Position numbers and translations under genes: made by a program | In this document: one piece after another, positions 1-8,145 of the stretch | How positions within the stretch are numbered: position 1 is the stretch's first letter | Layout of the letters: every line of letters starts with the position of its first letter | Notes under the pieces: generated by a model | What the model was told of the DNA's origin: nothing | Database searches by the model: none | Seen by the model: the letters and a program-made list of their open reading frames with translations, nothing else | NCBI GenBank assembly: GCA_022563395.1 | Contig: JADFNM010000001.1 | Location: forward strand, 83,891-147,890 | Reading direction: 5' to 3' | DNA from: Patescibacteria group bacterium | Lineage (GTDB): Bacteria > Patescibacteriota > Minisyncoccia > Minisyncoccales > UBA10102 | Length of the DNA: 64,000 nucleotides

Positions 1-1
1 C

Positions 2-1072
2 ATTGCGGCAGCTCCTACTACCTCTTTGCCAGAGGCCATTGGGGGAGTAAGGAATTGGGATTATCGGTTTTCCTGGATTCGAGACTCCTCTTTTACCTTG
101 CAAGCGCTTTTTCAAATGGGATATGTGAGGGAAGCACGAGCGTATGTGGATTGGCTGTTGGATGAATGCTGCAGCTTGAGAAACTTTGACCCAAAGGATG
201 TTCAAATTATGTACGGATTGCAGGGCGAGGTGAATCTAAGAGAGGAGATTCTCCCGCATTTTGAGGGATATAGAGGTTCAAAGCCCGTGCGCATTGGCAA
301 CTCGGCACATCTTCAAAAGCAGTGGGACATTTACGGTTCCATGTTAGACACAGTCTGGCGCATCCATTTAATGGATGAGAGCTACAAGATAGAAGAGAGC
401 ACCTGGAACATTCTTCGCAAGTTTGCAAACTATGTGGTGGAGATTTGGCGTCAGCCAGATGAGGGTCTCTGGGAAGTTCGCGGAGGAAGGCAGCACTTTG
501 TGTATTCCAAGGTTATGTGCTGGGTTGCCTTGGACCGTGCAATAAAGATCGCAAGAGAATACGGCTTTGAGGGAGAGGTTGAAGTGTGGGAAAAGGAGAA
601 GGAAGCCATTTTTTCTGCAGTCATGAAACAAGGATGGTCAGAACAAAAGCAGTCCTTTGTACAGAGTTTTGGTTCTCAGGATTTAGACGCCTCTTTGCTT
701 TTAATGCCCGTAGTTGGATTTATCAACGGGAAAGACAAGAGAATGATTTCTACCATCAAAGCTATTGAGAACGAACTTTCCGTGATGAATGGGCTTCTCT
801 TGCGCTATACCGCCAAAGACGGTCTGCCAGGTAGAGAAGGCGCTTTTCTGCCAGCTTCCTTTTGGTTGATTGATGCCTTAATTTTTGCTGGTGAAAAGTC
901 GAGGGCGAGAGTATATCTTGCAAGTTTAACAAAACTGGCAAACCATGTGGGGCTGTATTCAGAAGAGATCAACCCCAAAAGTCTGGAATTCTTGGGAAAC
1001 TTTCCCCAGGCCTATACCCACATTGGCTTGATTAACAGTGCCTTTTACTTGTATAATATAAAGGATCTATGA
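2..1072 (+). CDS. Glycoside hydrolase family 15 (glucoamylase/glucodextranase-like), 5'-truncated by window edge
   Basis: The frame stays open to nt 2 (IAAAPTTSLPEAIGGVRNWDYRFSWIRDSSF...), the hallmark GH15 catalytic-domain motif. The TTG at 26 in the ORF track is probably internal. Confidence 0.8.
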   Translation: MAAAPTTSLPEAIGGVRNWDYRFSWIRDSSFTLQALFQMGYVREARAYVDWLLDECCSLRNFDPKDVQIMYGLQGEVNLREEILPHFEGYRGSKPVRIGNSAHLQKQWDIYGSMLDTVWRIHLMDESYKIEESTWNILRKFANYVVEIWRQPDEGLWEVRGGRQHFVYSKVMCWVALDRAIKIAREYGFEGEVEVWEKEKEAIFSAVMKQGWSEQKQSFVQSFGSQDLDASLLLMPVVGFINGKDKRMISTIKAIENELSVMNGLLLRYTAKDGLPGREGAFLPASFWLIDALIFAGEKSRARVYLASLTKLANHVGLYSEEINPKSLEFLGNFPQAYTHIGLINSAFYLYNIKDL

Positions 1073-2028
1073 AGTACGATCTCATCATTATTGGGTCTGG
1101 AGCGGCGGGTCTTTCTGCTGCGCTCTATGCGAGGCGCTACAAAATGGAAACCTTGGTGATTGAGGGGGAGTTTGGGGGTGAGACGGCCACTGCAGGAGCA
1201 ATTGAAAACTACCCTGGCATTCTATTCATTGATGGGTTTGATCTGGTAAAGGCAATGCAAAAGCAGGCAAAGGACATTGGAGCTGTGTTTGAAAAAGGAA
1301 AGGCAGAAAAGATCAGTTCTGATGGGAATTGTTTTACCGTTAAGGTTGGCGAAAAGGAATTTCAAGGCAACACTGTTATTCTTGCCATTGGCTCTCAGCG
1401 GCGTCACCTTGGCCTTCCCAATGAAAAGGAGTTAACCGGAAAGGGAGTGCATTACTGCGTCACGTGCGACGGCCCGGTATACAGCGGCAAAACGGTTGCC
1501 ATGGTTGGCGGGGGAGATTCTTCCGTGAAGGGAGTGAACTTTCTTTCTGAGTATGCTAAGAAAATCTATCTTATTGTCCGAGGGAAAGAAGTAATGGCAG
1601 AACCCGTGAACCTCGAGCGCATGAAAGCTCAGGGCAATAAGGTTGAGGTGTTGCTGGAAACTGAGGTTGCAGCGATTATGGGAGAAAAGTTCTTGGAGAA
1701 ACTCGTTCTTTCCAAGGAATACAAAGGATCAAGGGACCTGAAGGTGGATGGTATGTTTGTGGAAGTTGGTTTTGATCCCGACAAGACCTTTGCAGAACAG
1801 CTTGGTATTGAGTTGGATGAAAAAGGATATATGAAGGTGGATAATTTGATGAAAACAAATGTGCCGGGCGTATTTGCAGCAGGAGATACAACGAACCACT
1901 TTGGGAGATTTAAGCAGGACATTACGGCCGCAGCTCTTGGGTCGGTTGCTGCAACCTCTGCTTACGAGTATCATCAAACCCATGGAGATATCTGCGAACT
2001 GCATGGAAAGGTTCCAGATACTAAATAG
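1069..2028 (+). CDS. trxB: Thioredoxin-disulfide reductase
   Basis: N-terminal FAD motif IIGSGAAG, redox-active CVTCDG, second GGGDS NADPH motif, about 319 aa. Confidence 0.9.
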   Translation: MKYDLIIIGSGAAGLSAALYARRYKMETLVIEGEFGGETATAGAIENYPGILFIDGFDLVKAMQKQAKDIGAVFEKGKAEKISSDGNCFTVKVGEKEFQGNTVILAIGSQRRHLGLPNEKELTGKGVHYCVTCDGPVYSGKTVAMVGGGDSSVKGVNFLSEYAKKIYLIVRGKEVMAEPVNLERMKAQGNKVEVLLETEVAAIMGEKFLEKLVLSKEYKGSRDLKVDGMFVEVGFDPDKTFAEQLGIELDEKGYMKVDNLMKTNVPGVFAAGDTTNHFGRFKQDITAAALGSVAATSAYEYHQTHGDICELHGKVPDTK

Positions 2029-2049
2029 TTAAGGACACAGAGAATATAT

Positions 2050-2757
2050 ATGGTTAACAACCTTAAAGAATACAAAGAGCTGTTTTTGCCGGGTGCCATC
2101 GTGTTTGCGGCTTTGGTCATTGGAAGCTCCATTATTTACTTAGCTAATATGGGTGAAGGAAGTGTGCCAGAACGCGCAGGCTCGACCGCACAGCGAGAGA
2201 CTTCCACCAATACGGTGGATAACAACGGATCCACAGTTAACTTTACCATCGGCGTAAACGACCATATTCGGGGTAATCCCAATGCGAAAGTAACCTTGGT
2301 GGAGTTTTCGGATTTTGAGTGTCCTTTCTGTCAGCGTTTCCATCCTACGGTTCTTAGGGCTTTGTCGGAGTATGACGGAGATCTTCGCTGGGTGTACAAG
2401 CATTTTCCCTTAGACAATATTCATCCACAGGCACGTCCTGCAGCAGAAGCATCGGAATGCGTATGGGAGCAAAAGGGGGACGAGGGATTTTGGGAATTTG
2501 CAGATGCCATGTTTGAAAGCCAGAGTCGTTTGGGAAATGCGTTTTATGAAGAAGTTGCCTTAGGAATTGGGGTTAATCTTTCGCAGTTTCAAACCTGTGT
2601 TTCAGAAAGAAAGTACCAAGACAAGGTGGAGCAGGACTATCAGCAGGGAATACAGGGCGGGGTTGCAGGAACTCCAGGTTCTTTTGTGAACGGAGTGCCG
2701 GTGCGCGGGGCCATACCCTATTCTCAGTTGCAATCAATCATTGAAGCGCAACTCTGA
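2050..2757 (+). CDS. Membrane-anchored DsbA-family thiol:disulfide oxidoreductase
   Basis: N-terminal TM helix followed by a thioredoxin fold with CPFC active site (FSDFECPFCQRF). Confidence 0.8.
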   Translation: MVNNLKEYKELFLPGAIVFAALVIGSSIIYLANMGEGSVPERAGSTAQRETSTNTVDNNGSTVNFTIGVNDHIRGNPNAKVTLVEFSDFECPFCQRFHPTVLRALSEYDGDLRWVYKHFPLDNIHPQARPAAEASECVWEQKGDEGFWEFADAMFESQSRLGNAFYEEVALGIGVNLSQFQTCVSERKYQDKVEQDYQQGIQGGVAGTPGSFVNGVPVRGAIPYSQLQSIIEAQL

Positions 2758-3383
2758 TGGAAGAACAGCTATCAAAAAAAGAGAGGAAGGACTTAAGGCA
2801 CCAGGAAAAGCGCGAAGGACAAATACACGAACGAAGAATGAGAAAGACCAAAAAACTTGTTATCTGGGCAATTTCTCTTGGTGTTATTGCGGTGGCAGGG
2901 TGGTTTGGCATTCAAGCTTTGACCCCAGAACCTTTGGGCGAGGATTACTCCCGTGTAATACCTCAGGAAGGCGGAACGCATGTTCAGGAAGGAACGCGCG
3001 TTTTGTATCAGTCAAATCCACCAACATCGGGGAATCACTGGGCTACTCCTTTGCGAGACGGCATCTACGATGTAGAGAAGCCGGACGAGGCTGTAATCCA
3101 CAGCTTGGAGCATGGAAGGGTTTGGATTACCTACAAGCCCGACATTGGGCAGGAAGCCATTGCGGCTTTGAAGGACGCCGTAAAGGGGCAGTCTGGCACT
3201 ATCATGAGCCCGCGTGTAGCTAACGAGACTGACATTGCGTTGGCTGTGTGGACGAGACTCGATACGTTTAATCTTCGTGAGGACGGTACGCTTGATGCAA
3301 AGCGCGTTCGTGAGTTTATTCAACGCTATCGCAATAAAGGCCCAGAATATGTGCCTCAAAATACCGGCAAAACCTACGAATAA
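2757..3383 (+). CDS. DUF3105-like membrane-anchored protein
   Basis: Basic N-terminus plus a TM helix. Motifs NPPTSGNHW and HSLEHGRVWITY resemble DUF3105. The start overlaps the upstream stop codon. Confidence 0.6.
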   Translation: MEEQLSKKERKDLRHQEKREGQIHERRMRKTKKLVIWAISLGVIAVAGWFGIQALTPEPLGEDYSRVIPQEGGTHVQEGTRVLYQSNPPTSGNHWATPLRDGIYDVEKPDEAVIHSLEHGRVWITYKPDIGQEAIAALKDAVKGQSGTIMSPRVANETDIALAVWTRLDTFNLREDGTLDAKRVREFIQRYRNKGPEYVPQNTGKTYE

Positions 3384-3481
3384 TGAGCAGAAAGACACTG
3401 TATGTGTTGGGTTATTGAGAAACTGCTTTTTGGGTACAATTGACAAAGGTCGTTTTGTATAAGAAATAATAGAAAGTATAC

Positions 3482-3958
3482 ATGATGAATAAATACATTC
3501 TTATCGTTGGGATTGTTGCTGTAGCTGGAATCGGGTGGTATGTGTGGAGTACAGGTGCGTTCACGCAGGCTCCTGCGGACAGGGAAAGAGAAGAAGGTCT
3601 AGCAGAGATGAGTGAGCCGGAGGTGGTGAATGAGATAACAGTGAATCTTGAGGAACAGAATGGATCTGGCGAGAGCGGAATAGCAATTATCACGGAAGTG
3701 GAAACAGGAATAAGGGTTGTTTTGCGCTTGACCGGTGCGCCAGAGGGCGTAACACAGCCAGTACATATCCATGTGAATTCATGCACCGATATTGGTGGGG
3801 TTCAGTATCCTTTAGAGTTTACAGGAGATGGTTATTCTGAAACCATGCTTGAGGTTTCCATGGCTACATTGCAGGCTGGTCTGCCTTTGTCGATAAACGT
3901 GCATAAGTCAGATGAAGAAGCAAGTGTGTATGTTGCTTGTGGAGATATTGTGCTGTAA
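3482..3958 (+). CDS. Hypothetical membrane-anchored/secreted protein
   Basis: 158-aa ORF with an N-terminal TM/signal anchor. I recognised no family. Confidence 0.5.
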   Translation: MMNKYILIVGIVAVAGIGWYVWSTGAFTQAPADREREEGLAEMSEPEVVNEITVNLEEQNGSGESGIAIITEVETGIRVVLRLTGAPEGVTQPVHIHVNSCTDIGGVQYPLEFTGDGYSETMLEVSMATLQAGLPLSINVHKSDEEASVYVACGDIVL

Positions 3959-4200
3959 CTGTTAATGGAATGTATTGAAAACAGAACAAAGAGTCGTCCT
4001 TGAGGCGGCTTTTTGTAATGTTCAAGAATCGTCCCGGATTTGGATGGGGGGCTTGACTACTACTTTGGCTTTATTTAAGGTATAATAAGAACTTGAGGGG
4101 TAAACCCTCAAAACCTTGATGTTTCACTTCGTTCAACATTGAGAATGAGACGTAAAGAGAGGGAAAGGTCGTTTGGTATAACCTAACCATTATTCATAAT

Positions 4201-4368
4201 ATGGCTGATCCTACTGAGGGATACTGTGTAAAGTGTAAGGCAAAAAGAGAGATACAGGGTGCCAGAGAGGTTCCCATGAAGGGAAAGGGCGGAAAAACAC
4301 GGAGAGCTATGACAGGCACCTGCCCAAAATGCGGCACGAAGATGTTCCGAATTTTGGGGAATAAGTAA
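4201..4368 (+). CDS. Small zinc-ribbon protein, DUF5679-like (55 aa, below ORF-track cutoff)
   Basis: My translation is MADPTEGYCVKCKAKREIQGAREVPMKGKGGKTRRAMTGTCPKCGTKMFRILGNK. It has CxxC...CxxC and a GTKMFRI tail typical of DUF5679. Confidence 0.7.
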   Translation: MADPTEGYCVKCKAKREIQGAREVPMKGKGGKTRRAMTGTCPKCGTKMFRILGNK

Positions 4369-4392
4369 ACTATTAAGAAGGCTATTTTGCAA

Positions 4393-4452
4393 CCCCGCCC
4401 TCTATGCTGTCGGAGTGATAAGTAGGTCATCCAAACAGCTTAGAGGGCGGGG
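4393..4452 (+). terminator. GC-clamped long hairpin (copy 1) followed by TTTGTGTT; terminator-like repeat
   Basis: CCCCGCCCTCTA...TAGAGGGCGGGG forms a 12-bp clamp with an imperfect extension. The same element recurs at 6668-6766. Confidence 0.6.
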
Positions 4453-4463
4453 TTTGTGTTGGC

Positions 4464-5318
4464 ATGAAAGTTACTCTGATTGTTCTAGTGTTCCTGGGGG
4501 CAAGCTTTATCGCCCCAGTCCTTTGGAGCGAAGTTCTTTTTAGCCCCTCTTTGGAGCTTGCTTTCTTTGATGTTGGGCAAGGAGACGCCATATTCTTTGA
4601 AACGCCACAGGGCCACCAGGTTCTCATTGATGGAGGACCGGATGCGAAGGTTCTTTTAAGGCTTGGAGAGGTTATGCCCTTTTGGGATAAGACCATCGAT
4701 CTTGTTGTTTTAACTCATCCCGATGCAGATCATGTTGCGGGATTGGTGAATGTGCTTTTGAGCTATGAGGTTAAGAATGTTCTCTGGACCGGCAAGAGAA
4801 AGGATACCAAGGTATTTAAGGCTTTTGAGAAGGCCTTGAAAAAAGAGGGCACGCAAGAGATTCTGGCTAAAGCAGGACAAAGAATTGTGTTTGAGGGATC
4901 TGAAGCCGTGCTTGAGATTCTGTATCCAGAGCAGGGAATTGATATTCAGAAAGAAAAGAGCAACGAAACCTCTATTATTGCAAGATTAGTATATGGAGAG
5001 CACGAAGTCCTTCTTTTGGGAGACACGACAAAGAAGATAGAGAAAAGGGTGGTTAAAGCAGAAAGTGAGCTTGTAGCTGATATTCTGAAGATTGCTCATC
5101 ATGGTTCCAAAACCTCAACTGCCCGGGAGCTTTTGGGGGCGGTGGGACCTTCTACCGCGATCATTTCCGTTGGCAAGGATAATAGATTTGGACATCCACA
5201 TCCAGAAGTTCTTGCGAATTTGGCGGAATATGGTATAAAAGTACGCAGAACAGACCAAGAGGGTACTATTCTATTTTATTTCCCCCTACCTAAATTCCAT
5301 TCAGGTGGGGATAACTAA
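4464..5318 (+). CDS. ComEC/Rec2-related metallo-beta-lactamase domain protein
   Basis: N-terminal anchor, then MBL motifs LTHPDADHVAGL and AHHGSKTS as in the ComEC C-terminal domain. Confidence 0.8.
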   Translation: MKVTLIVLVFLGASFIAPVLWSEVLFSPSLELAFFDVGQGDAIFFETPQGHQVLIDGGPDAKVLLRLGEVMPFWDKTIDLVVLTHPDADHVAGLVNVLLSYEVKNVLWTGKRKDTKVFKAFEKALKKEGTQEILAKAGQRIVFEGSEAVLEILYPEQGIDIQKEKSNETSIIARLVYGEHEVLLLGDTTKKIEKRVVKAESELVADILKIAHHGSKTSTARELLGAVGPSTAIISVGKDNRFGHPHPEVLANLAEYGIKVRRTDQEGTILFYFPLPKFHSGGDN

Positions 5319-5379
5319 ATAGAATTTAAGCAAATACGATTATATTTTTATTTGTGTGTTGCCTAAATGAGATTTAGGC
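5315..5379 (+). repeat. Two X2-type hairpin units of the intergenic repeat family
   Basis: CTAAATAGAATTTAAGCAAA lies at 5315-5334 and overlaps the stop codon. GCCTAAATGAGATTTAGGC lies at 5361-5379. Confidence 0.7.
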
Positions 5380-5392
5380 AGAATGGATTATC

Positions 5393-6487
5393 ATGGAGCA
5401 ACCAAACGCAGGGAAAATTGAATTCCCGCTTTTTAAAACGAAAATCGTAGGGCTTGACCGAACATTTAATCTTACCAGCCCTCAAGAGCAAAAGGAGTAT
5501 TTTGAAGCAAAAGCAGGAGAGGAGATTGCGAAGCTTCAAAAGTACCTTTCTTTAAATACCTTCATTGCGTATTTTCTTGGTAAAAAAAATGCCGGCAAAG
5601 GAACATATTCAAAAATGTTTGCTGAACTTGTTGGCCCAGAACGTATCTCTCACGTTGCCATAGGAGACATCGTACGAGATCTAGATAGCGTTATTCAGGA
5701 TCCTGCGAGAAAGAAAGAACTCCTCACCTTTCTTGAAAAGTCTTATCGGGGATGGGTTTCTCTTGATGATATTATCTCAAGCCTTGAAAACCGGAGTACC
5801 CAATCCCTTCTTCCAACCGAACTTATTTTAGCTCTTGTAAAGAAGGAAATAGCAAAAAGAGAGAAGAAGGCGATTTTTCTTGACGGATTTCCACGTACGT
5901 TGGATCAAATTTCATATTCCTTGTTCTTTCGCGACCTGGTTGGGTACCGAGACGACCCAGACTTTTTCACCCTCATTGATGTGCCTACAAGCGTGATTGA
6001 TGAGAGAATTAAATGGCGAAGAATATGCCCCGTGGACCAAACTTCAAGAAACCTAAAACTTCTTTCAACGCTTAAGGTAGGATACAAAGAAGATACAAAA
6101 GAATTTTATCTTATCTGTGATCATCCAAATCATGGCGGCAAGGAAATTGAAATGGTACCAAAGGAGGGGGACGAGCTCGGCACAGGGCCCATCAAAGCAC
6201 GTTTAAAGATGGATGCAAAACTCATGGAGCAGGCATTCAACTTGCATGGAATTCCGAAAATCCTATTGCGAAATACCGTACCCGTAAATGCAGCACATGA
6301 ATACATTGATGATTACGAAATTACTCCGGAGTATGTGTATGAGTGGCAAGAACAAGAGCAGAAAGTAAAAGTTCTTGAGAAGCCGTGGGTGGTTAAAGAC
6401 GATAAAGGAGTTTCTTCATATAGTCTTCTGCCTCAAGCCGTAGTGGTTTCTCTCATCAAACAAATGGTTCGGGTATTGGGATTGTGA
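5393..6487 (+). CDS. Adenylate-kinase-family protein, unusually long paralogue (364 aa)
   Basis: P-loop GKKNAGKGT, IGDIVRD and LDGFPRTLDQ match adenylate kinase motifs. It has large insertions and a C-terminal extension. Confidence 0.6.
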   Translation: MEQPNAGKIEFPLFKTKIVGLDRTFNLTSPQEQKEYFEAKAGEEIAKLQKYLSLNTFIAYFLGKKNAGKGTYSKMFAELVGPERISHVAIGDIVRDLDSVIQDPARKKELLTFLEKSYRGWVSLDDIISSLENRSTQSLLPTELILALVKKEIAKREKKAIFLDGFPRTLDQISYSLFFRDLVGYRDDPDFFTLIDVPTSVIDERIKWRRICPVDQTSRNLKLLSTLKVGYKEDTKEFYLICDHPNHGGKEIEMVPKEGDELGTGPIKARLKMDAKLMEQAFNLHGIPKILLRNTVPVNAAHEYIDDYEITPEYVYEWQEQEQKVKVLEKPWVVKDDKGVSSYSLLPQAVVVSLIKQMVRVLGL

Positions 6488-6494
6488 GGTTGAT

Positions 6495-6525
6495 TTGACG
6501 AGGTCCCTTACCTCTGTGGTACAAT
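6495..6525 (+). promoter_or_regulatory. Putative promoter TTGACG-19-TGGTACAAT with no ORF downstream
   Basis: -35 at 6495-6500 and an extended -10 TGG+TACAAT at 6517-6525. The spacer is long (19 nt). Confidence 0.4.
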
Positions 6526-6667
6526 ACAAGAAGCCCCGTTCTTCTTTTAAATTTTCCGCTATATCTTTCTTAGGAAGCTGGGCAGAGTGTGACCCGTGGG
6601 TTACACCTCACCGTGGCATCCACTTAGACCTTTGTCGGAAATATTTATAGGAGAATAGGGCGTACAG

Positions 6668-6766
6668 CCCCGCCCTCTATGCTGCCGGAATGATGTCGTT
6701 GCGTTTATTGCAAAGATGAACCAGCGCAATGATAAGTAGGTCATTCAGACGGCTTAGAGGGCGGGG
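6668..6766 (+). terminator. GC-clamped long hairpin (copy 2, with 39-nt insertion) followed by TTTTGCTTT
   Basis: It has the same arms as 4393-4452. An extra 39 nt at 6695-6733 sits in the loop, flanked by AATGAT direct repeats. Confidence 0.55.
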
Positions 6767-6804
6767 TTTTGCTTTCCGATAACTTTTTTTGTTACAATAT
6801 ACCA

Positions 6805-7368
6805 ATGAACATTTTCCCCCACATCTTAAATAGGGGACTGGCCCACGTGGTAAGATTCAGCTCTATTCCCCAGCATTTTCCAGAGAGCGTGGCAGAGCAT
6901 TCCTTTTACACCGCTTACTATGTTTCCCTGCTCTGTGATATTTTGGAAAAAGCAGACATTGAGATAAACCGAGAGAAAGCAGTCACCATGGCTTTGATTC
7001 ACGACACAGAGGAGATGTTTTCAGGCGACATCCTCACTCCATTTAAGCATTATTCAAACGAGGTAAAAGAAACCATCCAAAAGGTGAACCGCGAGGTCAT
7101 CCCTCAGGTGTATGAGGGATTGCCAAAAGACATGAAAGAGAAATACATTGCCCTCTGGAATGAAGATTCAAATGGGGAGAGTATGGAGGCAAAGATAGTA
7201 AAAGTTGCAGACAGACTATCTCTACTTTCAAAGTGTGCTGAAGAGGTAAAGGTGGGAAACGGATACTTTGAGAATATTTACGAGAGCCAGTTGAAACTAC
7301 TTAAAGATTATGATGCTTCCTGGTGGCAGAAGATAAAAGAGCAGGTCCTCCCCAAGAGTGCTGCTTAA
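6805..7368 (+). CDS. HD-domain phosphohydrolase (YfbR-like 5'-deoxynucleotidase)
   Basis: ESVAEHS...LIHDTEE...VADRLS is an HD motif set. I prefer the ATG at 6805 because TGTTACAAT lies 6 nt upstream. The ORF track starts at a TTG at 6769. Confidence 0.75.
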   Translation: MNIFPHILNRGLAHVVRFSSIPQHFPESVAEHSFYTAYYVSLLCDILEKADIEINREKAVTMALIHDTEEMFSGDILTPFKHYSNEVKETIQKVNREVIPQVYEGLPKDMKEKYIALWNEDSNGESMEAKIVKVADRLSLLSKCAEEVKVGNGYFENIYESQLKLLKDYDASWWQKIKEQVLPKSAA

Positions 7369-7380
7369 ACGAGATTTAGG
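7364..7380. repeat. X2 hairpin unit CTTAAACGAGATTTAGG shared by two convergent gene ends
   Basis: It contains the TAA stop of the + gene (7366-7368) and the TAA stop of the - gene (7365-7367). Confidence 0.75.
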
Positions 7381-7658
7381 ATGCGCTGAGCTTCTTGCTT
7401 CAGGAGTGGTCCTTCGTATTCTCCACTGTGGGCAGAGCTGCCTTGGTAGGAAGGTTGTTTTTGGTCTAAATGAAGTTTAATGATTGCCTCGTCATCCGTA
7501 GTTGTGGCGTAGAGGTGAAATCGTGGGTATCTTCTGCCCGTAAGAGACCGAAAAAACCGGAGTTCACCGGTTCTGCTGTCTTGTCCGTCTGGGGCATACC
7601 TACATTTCCTCATGATATTGAGAAGGTGTTCCTTTTTAAGAGAGATTGTGAATTTCAT
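7365..7658 (-). CDS. Hypothetical conserved-looking small protein (97 aa)
   Basis: I chose the start at MKFTISLKK because the longer ORF-track start (7733) would overlap tRNA-Pro. I recognised no family. Confidence 0.45.
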   Translation of the reverse strand: MKFTISLKKEHLLNIMRKCRYAPDGQDSRTGELRFFRSLTGRRYPRFHLYATTTDDEAIIKLHLDQKQPSYQGSSAHSGEYEGPLLKQEAQRILNLV

Positions 7659-7692
7659 GTATAAACTGCTTGGCTTGATAAAATCACCCTTG

Positions 7693-7763
7693 TCGGGGAG
7701 CCGGGAATCGGACCCGGGCTGTACGCACCCCATGCGTACGTACTACCATTATACTACTCCCCG
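7693..7763 (-). tRNA. tRNA-Pro (anticodon GGG)
   Basis: Hand-folded cloverleaf: CGGGGAG/CTCCCCG acceptor, TACGC-ATGGGGT-GCGTA anticodon arm, CCGGG-TCCGATT-CCCGG T arm. No encoded CCA, and the T-loop has C at position 55. Confidence 0.8.
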
Positions 7764-7778
7764 TCATTTTTTAAGGTA

Positions 7779-7885
7779 TCCGCCTTCGGCGGACCCGGGG
7801 AAACCCTTCTTATGCCGTCGCCTCAGCGGCGACATGGCAAATTAAGGTAGGTTTCCCGCTAAAAACCACGCAGGTGGTTTTTAGC
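7779..7885. other. Cluster of three stable hairpins (possible terminator/ncRNA)
   Basis: The hairpins are TCCGCC-TTC-GGCGGA (7779-7793), a long imperfect hairpin (7798-7857) with apex GTCGCC-TCAGC-GGCGAC, and a perfect 12-bp hairpin GCTAAAAACCAC-GCAG-GTGGTTTTTAGC (7858-7885). Confidence 0.5.
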
Positions 7886-7922
7886 CCCCATGGACTTGTG
7901 CTGCCGTTGCACTATGCCCCGA

Positions 7923-8108
7923 TTATGTTTTTGCCAATGCCTTCTTGCATTTAGCACAAAGTTTCACGCGTTCTCCCGAAGCCAACTTTGCCCACTGGAG
8001 ATTGGGTTTCTGGATTCTCTTTACGGTAGGGTTGTACTTACCACGGAGCTTTACTAATCTCCAGGCAAGGTTTCTGCCTTTGCCGCACTGTGTACATCGC
8101 TGTGCCAT
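7923..8108 (-). CDS. rpmB: 50S ribosomal protein L28
   Basis: MAQRCTQCGKGRNLAWRLVKLRGKYNPTVKR... is a typical L28. Confidence 0.9.
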   Translation of the reverse strand: MAQRCTQCGKGRNLAWRLVKLRGKYNPTVKRIQKPNLQWAKLASGERVKLCAKCKKALAKT

Positions 8109-8116
8109 ATAACCAC

Positions 8117-8145
8117 AATATAGTATTTTGAAAGCTAAATGTCAA
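8117..8145 (-). promoter_or_regulatory. rpmB promoter TTGACA-17-TATATT, 8 nt before ATG
   Basis: Read on the minus strand: -35 at 8140-8145 and -10 at 8117-8122. Confidence 0.55.

Noticed and set aside
4087-4200. Riboswitch in the about 110-nt leader of the DUF5679 gene (after TATAAT at 4081-4086)
   Set aside because: It contains hairpins (TTGAGGG-GTAAA-CCCTCAA at about 4093-4111), but I recognise no riboswitch consensus and the -35 is poor. It is noted only as an unexplained leader.
7659-7733. Longer start (7733) for the minus-strand ORF 7365-7733
   Set aside because: It would overlap tRNA-Pro (7693-7763) on the same strand. The internal ATG at 7658 gives a compact protein.
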